A stretch of DNA of 64,000 nucleotides from assembly GCA_016748015.1 (NCBI GenBank), contig JAAOMT010000531.1:310001-374000 (forward strand), written 5' to 3'. This stretch comes from Geosiphon pyriformis uo1 (taxonomy: Eukaryota > Fungi > Glomeromycota). This document shows positions 51,061-64,000 of this stretch, one piece after another (within the stretch, counting starts at the first letter, position 1; each line of letters opens with the position of its first letter). A program made the translations under genes and the position numbers. Under the pieces are notes generated by a model that had not been told where the DNA came from, made no database searches, and was given only the letters and a program-made list of their open reading frames with translations.

Positions 51061-52243
51061 TCTGTGTTTATAAAAGATCAAATGGGAGCATTATTAGAAT
51101 AGAACTATATCTGGAATCTGATAGGTTATAAAATAATGGTATTTTGGGCCACATCTCAAGGAATCACGTCAATTTATTTTTTGATATTAGTGTTCTCAAA
51201 ATGCCAGAGTTTTAATTTTTGGCCAAAATCCAAAATAACTTAATAAAATCCAATAAATATATATTGCTATTTAATATTTGCTAAGTAGAAATGATAAATT
51301 TAAATATGTTTGATTATTTTATATTTGGAAAAAATTTATTTTAAAATTGATTATATTTAATTTTTTATAAATTTTATTAGTTAAATCTTACTTTAAAAAT
51401 ATGTAAATAATATTTTGTTTAATTTTATAAATAAAACCTTATTTAATAAAATAAATAATAATAAATTGTTATTATTTTACAATTTATATTTTATAATTTA
51501 TTTATTAATAAAACATATGATTAAAATTTATGTATTATTATGTAAATATAAGTGTAAATATACTATTTATTATCTTAACACTATAAATTTTTTAAATAAA
51601 AATCTTTTATATGTATTTTTATTTAAAAATATTGTATGTATATTCAAAATAATTTTTTCAATTTTAAATTGTTTTAAATTTTTAATTTATTTACATATTA
51701 TTACAGATTTTTTGATTTTTTGTTGTTCATAATTATTAATAATAAAAATTTTTTTAACTATTTTTATTCCAAGTATCCATATTTGGAATCTTGTTCATAA
51801 TAAAAATTCTTAATAAGGGACCTGAAACATAATATAAATTACATGAAGGTTTTTTTATTAGGGTCAAAATCTAGTTCTTAGGAAATGTCAGGTACCTTCT
51901 TTTGAAAATTCAATTATTCTGTTGATTGTGAATTGCTTTATAAGGATCATTCATTTTAAAAATGATTATTATTGTAATTATTTTTGTCCAATAAATTTGA
52001 AATTTGAAATTAATACGTTTTTGCAACAGACATATCTTTGGAATTAAATACGGAGATAAAGGGGAGGGCGTAACTCGCCTCATAAAATCCCTGATCTTCA
52101 TAAAAACCCAAATACTAATGTTTACCTTTGATGAGCCCATAGGTTCATGTGTTGTGCATGTCGATTAAACCTATCAACCCTGAAAACCTTTTTTCGTGGG
52201 AATAAGTTAGAAAAGCAAATGCAGCAAATTTTCAAAATGAATC

Positions 52244-55200
52244 TTATCTTATCTCAATATTAATGATCTTGATATCCTCATATGGTTTGTCCATCTTATC
52301 GGTTTTTGCGTTTTCAATTGCAAGAATCACGTCAATTCCTGCGGTAGCACGTCCAAATATCGTGTGTTTATTGTTCAACCATGGCTTTTAAAGAATCATG
52401 ATTGTGAGTTATATTTAAGGATAAATAAGACCAAGAGAAAACCATCTAATTACATACCGTGGGAACCACAGTGATGAAAAATTGAGATCCATTTGTGTTT
52501 GGACCGGCATTTGCCATGCTCACTGTATAAGGGCGATCATGTCTTAAATCACGGTGAAATTCATCTTCAAAATCCGAGTTCCATATGGATTCACCACCAG
52601 TACCATCACCTATGAAATGATATAAAGATAATTTGAGTTATACAATTTTGTTTTTTGAATTCCATAAACTATCTGAAAATTATTCCACTACTGATGGTTT
52701 ACCAAGGGGATCCCCTGTTTGGATCATGAAACCTTTGATGACGCGATGAAAAATAACATTATTATAATACCCATCCTTTGCATGGGTTGCAAAATTTTCT
52801 ACGGCTTTGGGCGCGTATTCAGGAAATAAGCGAATATGAATATCACCAAACGTGGTTCGCAGAATAGCATTGTTGCCTAGTTTTTGCTTGATAGGTTGAG
52901 CGCTGGCGACAGTTTGTTCTTCTCGTGATGGTTTCTCATTGAAAACATCACGATCTCCCTTGTGAGAATCTTGTCTATTGTAAGTGAAACATTAATAGCC
53001 CATTTTGTGAAACGAAAACTTTACAGAACGTGATAATGTAGTAAGATTTTGTGAACATACGCGTCAGGCTCTCTCTGCGTAAACATGAAGAAGCGATTCC
53101 TTTTGAAAGCTGTACAAAATAATGTTGGATCTGTCGATTCACTCTCCTTCATAAGAGGGTTATCTGATGCTGCCATAGCCTTTTAAATATTTGTTAATTG
53201 ATGAAAATAATATATATTTTTCTTAGTGTTTCCGCGTTGAATTTTTTACTAACCAGCGTGACAACGGCTTTCTTTTTTGGTGCTCCTTGATATAATGACA
53301 TATTCAGGAAGCGATGTGTTTCGGTCTTACCCATAAGTCTCACAACTTTGTTGGTATGAAGATTAACAACTACAAAAAACGATATGATTTTAGAGCAAAT
53401 AGAGTAAATAGAAAAATTACACAAAACACAATAACTTACCTTTGATACCCAGCATTGTTGGGTAAATAATAAAATGTCCGCTCTCATCGAAAACTGAAAA
53501 AATTCAAAAGCTAGTTATGGTCTGGGTCTTTGGAATAGAATCATATCCCCATATTCCCTACTAACCAGCATTCATACAAGTTGCTAGGGAAGTCTTTTCT
53601 AATTCTCGTTCAACCGCTAATCGTCGTCCAAATTCCATATCATCAAGTTTGAAAATTGATGTACCCGCCTAAATATGGGCCAAATAAATTTAATAGAAAC
53701 CTTTGATATAACGGTGGTCTATAGAAAATATAGAAATAAACTTACTTGTTGCATTTCACTTATTATAGTTAATGATTCGTCATATTTACGCGTTAATTTA
53801 CCTGTAATAAATTTAAAAACACGCACTTGATGATCACCAACACTCATAGTGACAAATTGAGTATAGTCAGGAGAAAAGGCCAAAGAATTAGGTGCTGTTT
53901 GCGCCTAAATTGTGTGATTGGATATTAAATTCAATTAGTTAGAAAATAATAGCAAAGTCAGGTATTAATTCCATAATTACTTTCTTGAATTCATATAGAT
54001 CGGTATCCGATTTGAATTCGAAAGCCAGGTTTTTCGGCAATTGAAAGGGATTTTCAGGTACCCAATATTCAACCATCCCGGATGAGTCTGCTGAAACAAC
54101 ACAGTGATACCTTTCATTATACTACAAATTGAGCTTCCAATTAGATGAGGAAGATAAAAGAGTTTTCAAACTTCAACAGAAGAAATAGCAAAAAAGAGAT
54201 ACCGCCATAATTTGTACAGGTTGTGAATGCATTTTTGAAAGTGTGTGCAATGATTTTCCGTCACCTCTTCCGTCATAAATATGTATATTTCCGGAATCTT
54301 GATCGGCACTAAAACAGAATTTTTGACTTGAGTAAAAGAAACTGAAAAAGCTCAAAACCTATTTTAGTGAAGACTTACCAAGCAACTAACGCCTGAGCTT
54401 GACCACGTTTATGAACCCAACAAACACTGTTTGGAAGATAATCTAATTTAATCATATTAATCATGTCTTGGAATTTGATGTGTTAGATTAGTTCCAAGTC
54501 AATAAACCAAGTTCATTCAAGCAATATCTTACCAAAATTGATAACATCATACACTTTCAGAGCTTTGTCGACAGCGATCGTCGCAAGCAATAATCCATCC
54601 AAAGAAACGCTAATTCCAGTAATGTTTCCTTAATCAACATTTTGGATTAGATAATGTCTGTAATGAAGCATGAAATAATCAACTATAATAAAAACGTACC
54701 CAAATGGGATCGAAAATGTTTAACAAATTCGATTCCCCTTTCCGTCTTTTTCCAAAACTTTAGGTGGCCATCAACGGATGTGGTAATGATGAAATCAGTT
54801 CTGCAATTACCAATCATATACAACATGAAATTAATTTGGTAATTGAAACAAAAGCATTCAATTCACAAAGAAAAAATTACTTTGTGACAGCTACAAAGTT
54901 TAACACATCTCGATGCATGTAACTTCTTTCGTACATGTCCGCTGAAGGTAAATGTTGCAAAAATAGCTTTTCATGAGGTAAAGCTGTGATTTTTAAAAAG
55001 GAAAAATGTAATCATTTAATGAATTTGTTGAGAAAACATAATTGGGTAAAAACGGCTATGAACTAGAGGAAATGGAAAGGGCTTACTTCTCTTTTTTTTG
55101 GGGGGAAGATTGTCCAATAACGGGAGGGAAGGGCCAATGTCAGCATCTTCTAATTTTTGAGAGCTTCAAGTCAGCCACCATCATATTCGGTAAAAATTCC

Positions 55201-55280
55201 CAGCTGATTTCACCTTGTGATTGAGCGCTTTCTTCAGTTTCTTCAATATGTTTTCTTACTTTTTTACCCTTACTAGCCAT
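52244..55280 (-). CDS. PPWD1: WD40-repeat cyclophilin (PPWD1/Cyp15), multi-exon
   Basis: [90 protein letters not shown]; TAA 52244-52246. Confidence 0.95.
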
Positions 55281-55394
55281 GTGGAAAACTTATAATTCAA
55301 GCTGTATTGATGTTAACATCTATCATCTGATTTCCAGTGACTAAAATTCAAAAATACAATTTATTAGCAAATATTGTGACTAACACAGATCTTC

Positions 55395-56312
55395 AAATTA
55401 TCAATCATAAAATTTAAGAATTTCTCTAGTAATGGCCATTACTAGAACTTTGAAAATTAATAACTTGATATTGAGATCTAATTTCACGGTGATAATATTG
55501 ATGGTTGATTTATCGAAATCATCGATTTTGTTAGGATCAAATTTTTATAATAGTATTCCTTCATTTAAGGGCTAAAGGGAAATTAATTGTTTTTGATGAT
55601 TTGATCATGCTCCCTTATCCGATTTCCCTTCAAGACTCTTAACGTAAAGATCAACAACTTTTTGTTTGTCCACCATAATCTCATTCGGATCTAGGGTCTT
55701 TGGCTTCATATTCTGGCTCGTATCTAGAGTATTTGGTTCACCATTTTCAGTAGAATCTAAAGTTTTTAAATTAAAAGGTTCATTCTCAGATAGAGACTGA
55801 TTCTCAACCACTTCCACCAATCTTTCGGCAATATCGGCCACACNNNNNNNNNNNNNNNNNNNNAAATTATCAATCATAAAATTTAAGAATTTCTCTAGTA
55901 ATGGCCATTACTAGAACTTTGAAAATTAATAACTTGATATTGAGATCTAATTTCACGGTGATAATATTGATGGTTGATTTATCGAAATCATCGATTTTGT
56001 TAGGATCAAATTTTTATAATAGTATTCCTTCATTTAAGGGCTAAAGGGAAATTAATTGTTTTTGATGATTTGATCATGCTCCCTTATCCGATTTCCCTTC
56101 AAGACTCTTAACGTAAAGATCAACAACTTTTTGTTTGTCCACCATAATCTCATTCGGATCTAGGGTCTTTGGCTTCATATTCTGGCTCGTATCTAGAGTA
56201 TTTGGTTCACCATTTTCAGTAGAATCTAAAGTTTTTAAATTAAAAGGTTCATTCTCAGATAGAGACTGATTCTCAACCACTTCCACCAATCTTTCGGCAA
56301 TATCGGCCACAC
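55395..56312. other. Assembly artefact: 449-bp duplication (55395-55843 = 55864-56312) around a 20-N gap
   Basis: Copies look identical by eye and abut the N run 55844-55863 exactly; this duplicates the RSM10 3' end. Confidence 0.9.
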
Positions 56313-57301
56313 TTCCAGGAGGATTTTTATTTTCTACATCCTTTAGCCGTTTTCTTTGTTTTCCCTTAGCCTTTTCTAACATCCGTTTACCCAAGCCTAT
56401 CTCTTCCCATTCCCACATTTTAACTTTCAATCCAATACCGGCGGGTACATTCTGAGTCACATAATACAGCCATCGATCAACCACCGACTGATTCACATCT
56501 CGAAGACGAATGGATCTCCTATGTGTTTTTCGCTCGAAATTTTCTTGGGTCTTTTTGTGAATGAAGGGGCCTCGTATAACTGTCCATCGGACTATCTTGG
56601 TAGGCAAATAATCAGGACCTGAACAGCAAATGCCTAAGGCGTACGCAGCACGTCGGGAAAAATCAATGTAGAAATCCATCGGACCAGTAGTATAAGATCG
56701 AAATTCGAGTTCGCAGACTACTATATTATGCTTCGGTGGAATTTTTTCGGGCTCTGGTTTTGTGTGGTGTTAAGTAAATAAAAGCGAATAAATTGTGGCA
56801 TTTTATTGATCATTCTCTTGTATAATTAGCAAACCTAAAATCAATTATTCAATTATTTCGTAGAAACCTAGAAAGATGTGATGTAACTTTTCTTCTTGTT
56901 TCCACGCTGCAGACTCGTTGTTTTTATCCCATATAGGTACAGCTTTCAATATACTTTCATAAACGGACGGCGCTTTCCCGGCGTCTCCAATTTGTGGTTT
57001 TTCGTTATAAAGAGGACTACTATTCTAACGCATAAATGATACCAAAGTCTGAGTTGTAGTCACGACCAAAGTAAAATTTAGTTAAAGCCTACCTACGCCT
57101 TGGTATTGAATCTCCTACTGTTGACAAACAATGAAAGCACAGTACTTAGGGAGATTGTAGAGGTGAGCAAAGGTAAAGGCACCTTAAAAAACACAGAAAA
57201 TCTTCAAGAATAAACACAAAATGCTAAATTAGAGATTTTTGATTTGAGAGCTGTGGCCGGAAACACACCTTTTGCGAGAGAAATTGAGGCAGTCGAAACA
57301 T
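56074..57301 (-). CDS. RSM10: Mitochondrial ribosomal protein uS10m; 5' exons inferred
   Basis: Last exon: MDFYIDFSRRAAYALGI, GPDYLPTKIVRWTVIRGPFIHKKTQENFERKTHRR. Start MFRLPQFLSQK at 57301 inferred through GT-AG introns (less certain). Confidence 0.88.
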
Positions 57302-57462
57302 ATTTGTTGTGTTCTGCTGATTTACAAAAATTTTTTTCCAATACATACAATTCAGGGTAACTGATGTACATCTACATTTAAACAACATAGAATTTTTTTA
57401 CTTCACCCAATTTTTTTTTTGATTTTTTTCCATTCTTATAAACTACACCGAAAACTAGAGAA

Positions 57463-58056
57463 ATGGGTTCAAACATCGAACTCGCAGTTGTTTACGCCGC
57501 TCTTATTCTCGCCGATGACAATATTGATATTACAGTAAGGACTCGTTTCAATTCTGGAACTCCCTTTTTCTGTTTGAAAAAGGAAAATACCTTTGCCTAA
57601 CACAATAAGTGTCTTTCTGGGCAGAGTGATAAGCTTCAAGCCCTGACAAAAGCTGCAGGTGTGGATGTTGAACCAGTATGGGCAAATCTTTTTGCCAAAG
57701 CATTGGAAGGAAAGAACGTTACTGACTTATTATTTAACGTCGGAGCTGGTAACTAGAATTTTTTTATAAATTCATGAAAATAAAGGCTTTTCTAAATTTT
57801 GAAAATTTATTTTACTATTTCAACATAAAACAGGTGGTGGTGGTGCACCTGCTACTGGGGGAACAGGTGGTGGTTCAGCGACTAGTGGGGCCGCTGATGC
57901 AAAACCTGCTGAAGAAGAAAAACCAAAGGAGGAGGAACAGGACGAATCAGATGGAGATATGGGTTTGGGTATGTGAATTCCCTATTTTTGATGAATTTTT
58001 TTCAGCACTACTGGCTCTAATTATTATCATTTTTATGTTTAGGTCTATTCGATTAG
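57463..58056 (+). CDS. RPP1: 60S acidic ribosomal protein P1, 4 exons
   Basis: [19 protein letters not shown]|[29 protein letters not shown]...[16 protein letters not shown]. Confidence 0.95.
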
Positions 58057-58629
58057 AGAATATTTGGTATTCTAATACGGCTCTTGTTGCTCGAGAATCA
58101 AAATCGATATCTTTTGTAATCTTGGCTGTTAATTAAAATCTCTTTGGATGATTTTCAACTTGATTAAAAAAATTGGAACAAACCTCAATTAAAAAACCAC
58201 GATGATTTGGTTAGCAAATGACTTTTAGTTGAAATTAATAAAATATCTAATTATTCCAAGATTCTCAAAGACACCTTTCATTAATCAACTTTTTTCTGAG
58301 CCATATGGTGCCAACCACTTTAAAGAGCATGAATGATCATGGTTTACCAGGTTTTCATCCATGTCCAGAATAGTGGAATATTAAATTAGCTCCATTTTCT
58401 TGTTCGCATCCAACTTGGAATTTCCTCATAGTTGGCTGTACACAAAATTTAGTGCAACAATTTTGATCATTGGATGGGATTTTGTTCTCGAAATAAATGG
58501 AATTAGATTGATACGTATTTTCTAGATTGATGTGATCATATTAAACAAAAATGATGAATTATTTGAGCTGGAAATATCTTGCCATCTTGAAAGAGAAAAG
58601 CACTTTTAATTTTAGCGGCTAAGCTGTAC

Positions 58630-60180
58630 ATGCTGAGAACTTTCCTAGCTTCTACCTCTTTCCTTGCCTTTTCTCATATACCTCGCAAACCAACCAATTT
58701 CATTAAAATGTCTGAATATAAAACTCGAATCATAGGCGCCCTCAATACTCTGGATTTCCGCGTTTATATTGGTAAACGCGAGTTATCCTTGTTTTAGCTT
58801 TTATTAATCATTATAAATTTAAAGTATTATTGAACTCTTTAGAAAAGAATGGGACCGTGCTCTCCACTTTTCATGATATTCCACTATTCGCTAATGAAAA
58901 TAAGACACTTTTGAATTTTGTGGTGGAAATCCCAAGGTGGACTAATGCTAAATTAGAGGTTTGGGTGATATAACTAGATTTATATTACCTATATTCAAGA
59001 TTAAAATGCACTTTCAATTTTGGATCTTCCCTATTTGTTATAGATTTCCAAAGAAGAGACTTTAAACCCGATTAAGCAAGATATAAAAAAGGGTAAATTA
59101 CGATATGTTCGTAATTGTTTCCCTCATCATGGATATATCTGGAATTACGGTGCATTTCCACAGGTAATATTCATGTTTGCTCATTGATAATTCATTTTAT
59201 GCCCGGTATTGAAATGCTATTAACAACGTAGACTTGGGAAGATCCTACCACAGTTCACCCCGAGACCAAGGCTAGAGGTGATAACGATCCTCTCGATGTT
59301 TGTGAGATTGGGGAACAAGTTGGTTACCCTGGACAGGTCAAACAAGTCAAGGTCCTGGGGATTATGGCTCTCTTGGACGAAGGTTCGTTTCCTACACAAA
59401 GAATGATGCCAGACTGTCACTCGGTGTCAATAATTTAAACTGAATAATTTTTTTTAGGAGAGACCGATTGGAAAGTTATCGTAATCGATGTAAATGATCC
59501 ATTGGCTAACAAGTTAAATGGTCAGTATACCTGAAAAATTTTTAATGACTTCTAAGTTTTCTGATAAATGATTTTTTGAATAGACATTGAGGACGTCGAA
59601 AGACACTTGCCGGGTCTTATTCGTGCCACTAATGAGTGGTTCCGGATTTACAAAATTCCTGATGGAAAACCCGAAAATCAATTTGCTTTCAGTGGTGAAG
59701 CCAAAAATAAAGTGAGAAACCATTTTCTTTAACTACTCTGTCTCTTTCTCGTTAATACTCCATTTCAATCTGAATTTATATAGAAATACGCTACCGAAAT
59801 AATCCATGAAACTCATGAAGCATGGCGTCGTCTACTCTCTGGACAAATTCCTGCTAAGACGGACAAATATGAAATAAACCTGTATGCAATCTGATCACTA
59901 TAATGCTTTTATTTCCCACTGCATTTTTAACACTTGATCATTATTACTTCCAGGACCAATCTCACAGTGGATGGAAGCCCCGCCAAAATAACTACAGATG
60001 ATCCTTTATATCAAACTATCCCTCCCGATTCAAGGCAGCCACCAGCGCCTGTAGATCCCTCTAGTAAGTTTTTTGATATTCAAAATCAGACCGGTTTTTT
60101 GAGAAATTACATTTTAATGGAAAATTTTCTTCATTGCAGTCGACAAATGGTTTTTCATCTCTGGTACATCTAATTTGTAA
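58630..60180 (+). CDS. IPP1: Family I inorganic pyrophosphatase, multi-exon; in-frame ATGs at 58630 and 58708
   Basis: [78 protein letters not shown]; TAA 60178-60180. Confidence 0.96.
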
Positions 60181-62043
60181 TATTTAACAAGATACTTATT
60201 TTTGTCTTAATCAGACTGTTAAATTGTTGACAAAACCTTTGTTGTTCGTGTTTCTTTTTACATGAATTATCGGTTTATTCAATATGATCCTTAGTCAATT
60301 GGAATTTCTGATATTGAGTAAACTGAAAACTTTAGAGTACTTGGGTAGGGTTAAATTCCCTTACAATCAGCCGTAAAATTAATGCAATGAGAATATCCCA
60401 AAGTCAGTTAAATTTTTCAAAAATGTTATTTTTAATTAAATTGATTAAATTAATAAAATTAATAGCATATTCAAATAATACAATCATTAAAACTTTATAC
60501 TTTGATTAATTAAAGTTATTTATTAAAGGTAGGTTAGATCACTAAATAGATCACCGACCAATTTTTTTTTAGTTTGAGTGATAGTTCTAAACAAACCTTA
60601 TGAGCTGGTGATATTTTCTTCTATCTGGGGTCTTTATGAAAGGAAAATAAGTTTAATAGCTACGTGGTCGTTGTGGTCGAAAACCTGCGAGACGAGAATT
60701 TCCTGACGTATTGGCAGTAGGTCTCAATATGCCCAAGTTTCCTAATATTTTGATACTATCCCAGTAACTAACTATTTTATTTTATTCATCCCTTTATATC
60801 AGATGGTACCTAATTAATGTTCAATTCCCTCAAAAGTCTACTTCGTCGTGAGTCTTCTCGATTGATTTGATTTTTGAGACGGAATACGAAGTTAGTTCGA
60901 CCCATTAAATAATATTTTTTATTGGTTGTTATAATAATTCATAACCAATATTCAAGCAAATTTATTTGCACGTTGATTGCTAAAGCGGGGACAACTCTTA
61001 GTGATCTTCAGGTATTAATTAATTTAATTATCGCTGCTTGCTCAACTTTTATTCTGAAAAATTCCTTTGCAATTTCATATCAGGATTTACAAACAGTTGA
61101 ATTATGAGATCTTAGTGAAGACCAAGTATTAAGCTGCTAATCATGTGAGAAGCGCTTTAAAATCATTGTGGAATTTTATTTTAAAATCTAAAACAAGTCG
61201 AAGGAGTAAACCGTGGGTGCGTATCTCTTTCAGATCATGATAAAGTCGAATCCTCAAAAATGGAAAGGATACGCATATTCCATGTTTATTTAAACGAGAA
61301 AATTATATTGTTTAAGCTTAACCTTCAGATTCTTATTTCAACTGACGTAGACCTGCATTCACTGATGATGATGACTCACACGATGAAATTCCATTTTATA
61401 CATCAGCATTTGAACCTTTCGCGACGTTACGGTAGGATTAAATAAAACCCATAGGTAAGAAGATAAACCGGCCAATTTAACAAAAAAATATTGCATAATT
61501 GTGCTTCAATTCTTACTCTATTTGAGATAGTATCTTCATCCAATGCATAAATGTGTTGAATGGTGCATTTTATAAAAGGGGTTTTGCTCCATAACCGAAA
61601 ATTTTAAGTCAACAAATGTGTAAGGATGGGGAGATCTGATATTAAGAAAAAATATTTAATCATTGGGTCCTTGAACTAGCCGAAGGGATTGGGTTTGCAA
61701 TTAAGACTTGCATTATAATATCTTTTCGGATATGTTCAATTGTTTAATCTGCAAAGAAAAACAAAAACAAGGAACCTATAATAAACTATAAAGTTTACAG
61801 TCTTTCGTAGACCTTGCGTCAAAGAGATGACGGCTAAGGACAGATACGGGACTGACATTGATACAATGATTGGTTAAACATAATTGGGGAAAGAAATGAA
61901 TATTTGAGATACAAATATTATCAGATTCTTGCGCATCATTATTAAAAGGATTTTATTTTTGAGATTGGCATCAACAGTCTTGATAAATTAACTAAAGAAA
62001 AATTGATTATAGTTTTTGTTAAACCATTTTTTGAATTAAATAT

Positions 62044-62067
62044 ATAATAATAATAATGATAATAATG

Positions 62068-62112
<45 letters not shown>

Positions 62113-62157
62113 TAATTTTAAAGAAATAATTATGTATATATATATATATATATATAT
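62044..62157. repeat. (AAT)n and (TA)n microsatellites
   Basis: Directly visible, about 22 AAT/GAT units followed by a TA run. Confidence 0.9.
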
Positions 62158-64000
62158 TTGAAAAAATTAATAATATTAAAAAATAATTACAAATAATAAT
62201 GTGGGGTTAATTTTGTTGCAATTTGTATTTATTTTTTAAATTATCATATTTACCATAATATTTTAAATATATATATATAAATTTTAAAAATTAAAATATA
62301 AATTTTTTTTATTGCTTTACTGTAGTCCAACCACCATCTATCTAATTACAACATATAATGTTCTATGATAAACGTGACCAGCCAACCGGAAATCTATTAA
62401 TTTTATATTAGTTTAAATAATTTTTTAAAGTTAATAAGTAAAATTTAAATCCATATTAATATATAATATCTGTTAAAAAATTTTAAAAAATATAAATAAT
62501 GAAATAAAAAATATAAATCAATATTTGTCTAATTAATAAAATTAATTTTTGCTTATAAATATGAATAAATATATTTTTTAAAAGTCTGTTAATTTTATAT
62601 ATTATTTATTTTTACTTTTATAGATTATTTTTAAAAATAAAATATTATTACATTACAATTCTTTTAAATTAAGATACGATTTTCATGCAATTAACGATTT
62701 TATATAGTTACAAAATGATATGTACAATATGCTTTTTTTGGACTAAATCATAAAATCGAATATAAATAGATGTCAATTTTTAGAATCTCTACGGAAATTT
62801 ATTTTAATAAAACTCATGTATATTTCATTTTGGATGACTTTTTTTGTTCAATTCAAATGTTATTTGTATGAAATTTTCTGTAATATCAAAATATTTTAAT
62901 TTTAAAATTTCTTTTAAATATTTCAAGTACTGAAATAAAATGTTTGGCTGGAATAAAAAAAATATAAATATTTTGTATCTTTGTAATATTTAAACTTGTT
63001 TGTTTTTAATATGACTTTTGGTATTTGTATTTTGATTCTTTTTTAACTGGATTTTTTGAATTATTCTTTAAAATATTTAATCTTATCTACCATAATTCGA
63101 ATTCTAGTATCCAGGTACATTAAATTACTCGGTTATGGATAGACAATTAAAGGGTATTTAATAATTAAATTTGGCAATAAGAACTCTATATGTTGCAAAA
63201 TTTTGATTAAAAAATCAGTTTTTACCAATAATTAATTCATGTTGTCTTTCGCATATACTTGGTAAAACCTACGTATATTTAATAACCAAATTCAAAGATT
63301 AGTAATTAAAATGTGAATAAAGAATTTTACTAATTCTTGACCCAAAAAGGATTATATAGATACATGTGAAAAACTATCGATTTTAACAAACATCTAACGA
63401 AAAATGGGTGTGCAACCACTAAACCAGTTCAATATTAAACGCAAATTAGAAAATGGAGACTTTGCTTATAAATGTTTGTCCTAAGTTAAACAACTTAATG
63501 CAATTAAAAGAAGTATAAATAATATTCACAAAAAAACTTTATAATAAACTTAGTTATAAGTAAACAAAAGCAATTACAATAACCAAAAGTTTGACAATAT
63601 ATTAAAAAATTTATTATAAAAATTTATATACAAAATTAAGCAAATAAAAATAAGAGTTATTTGTTCTTAAAATTATTGATATTTTTTTATAATTGTAATT
63701 AATTATATTATTATTAGTAATTACTATTAAAATAAAAATAATAATCCAAAATTTTTTGGTTATTTAATTGTTTTTAAAAATCTTTGATAAAGTTAACTTT
63801 GTTTTTTTAATTCGAAATTGTAATTTTATTTCGTTAAAAACAAGTTGTTGCATTTTTTTATGTTTTTGTCATATTATTATTTTTTTATTACCAAAAAATT
63901 GTTATAGTATTGTATATTTTATTTATAACAGCTTTTTATTATGTATGTAATTTCAGTTCTGTTTATAATTTAGTTGTTTTTTTATTTTTAATAATATATA

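Noticed and set aside
51200-51770. ORF 51415-51732 and similar ORF 63768-63950
   Set aside because: Extremely AT-rich, F/I/K/N/Y-biased spurious ORFs.
55395-55877. Apparent tandem duplicate of the RSM10 3' end (ORF 55605-55877)
   Set aside because: Identical 449-bp copies abut a 20-N gap; typical unmerged contig overlap.
60585-60730. Words resembling U12 snRNA (aaaccttatgag, aaggaaaataa, gagacgagaattt)
   Set aside because: Branch-pairing GTAAGGA and a proper Sm site are missing and spacing is wrong; would need an Rfam hit.
60780-62000. Exon-like fragments with splice signals downstream of IPP1
   Set aside because: No continuous reading frame or recognisable domain could be assembled.

Overview
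AT-rich, intron-rich fungal genomic DNA. The gene style and TE proteins suggest Glomeromycotina/Mucoromycota; a resemblance to Geosiphon-type repeats is from recall and is not verified. Two compartments. (1) 1-~43,000 is a nested retrotransposon stack: a decayed ~6.7 kb LINE (RRM/CCHC ORF1; APE-RT-RNase H-CCHC ORF2) split by two ~10 kb Ty3/Gypsy elements (A 3792-24024 +, C 24392-34661 -). A third (B 6418-16558 -) sits inside the gag of A. All three have two LTRs and 4-bp TSDs. An older, almost C/G-free Gypsy relic (D, ~37252-42850 -) carrying an inserted LTR follows. (2) ~43,600-60,200 holds seven housekeeping genes (MRPL32, SPC98/GCP3, HGH1, PPWD1/CYP15, RSM10, RPP1, IPP1) plus an assembly-gap duplication. 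The most interesting signal is the shared three-ORF architecture of the divergent Gypsy families: a GTG-initiated gag extension, a gag-PR-Cys-rich-dUTPase-RT-RNase H polyprotein that stops after RNase H, a stand-alone integrase ORF with its own ATG, a conserved unknown third ORF preceded by a TATA-like box, and an elongator-tRNA-Met-like PBS paired with an anti-PBS hairpin in U5. All TE ORFs are broken by C>T/G>A changes. Coordinates were read by eye; no database searches were run.
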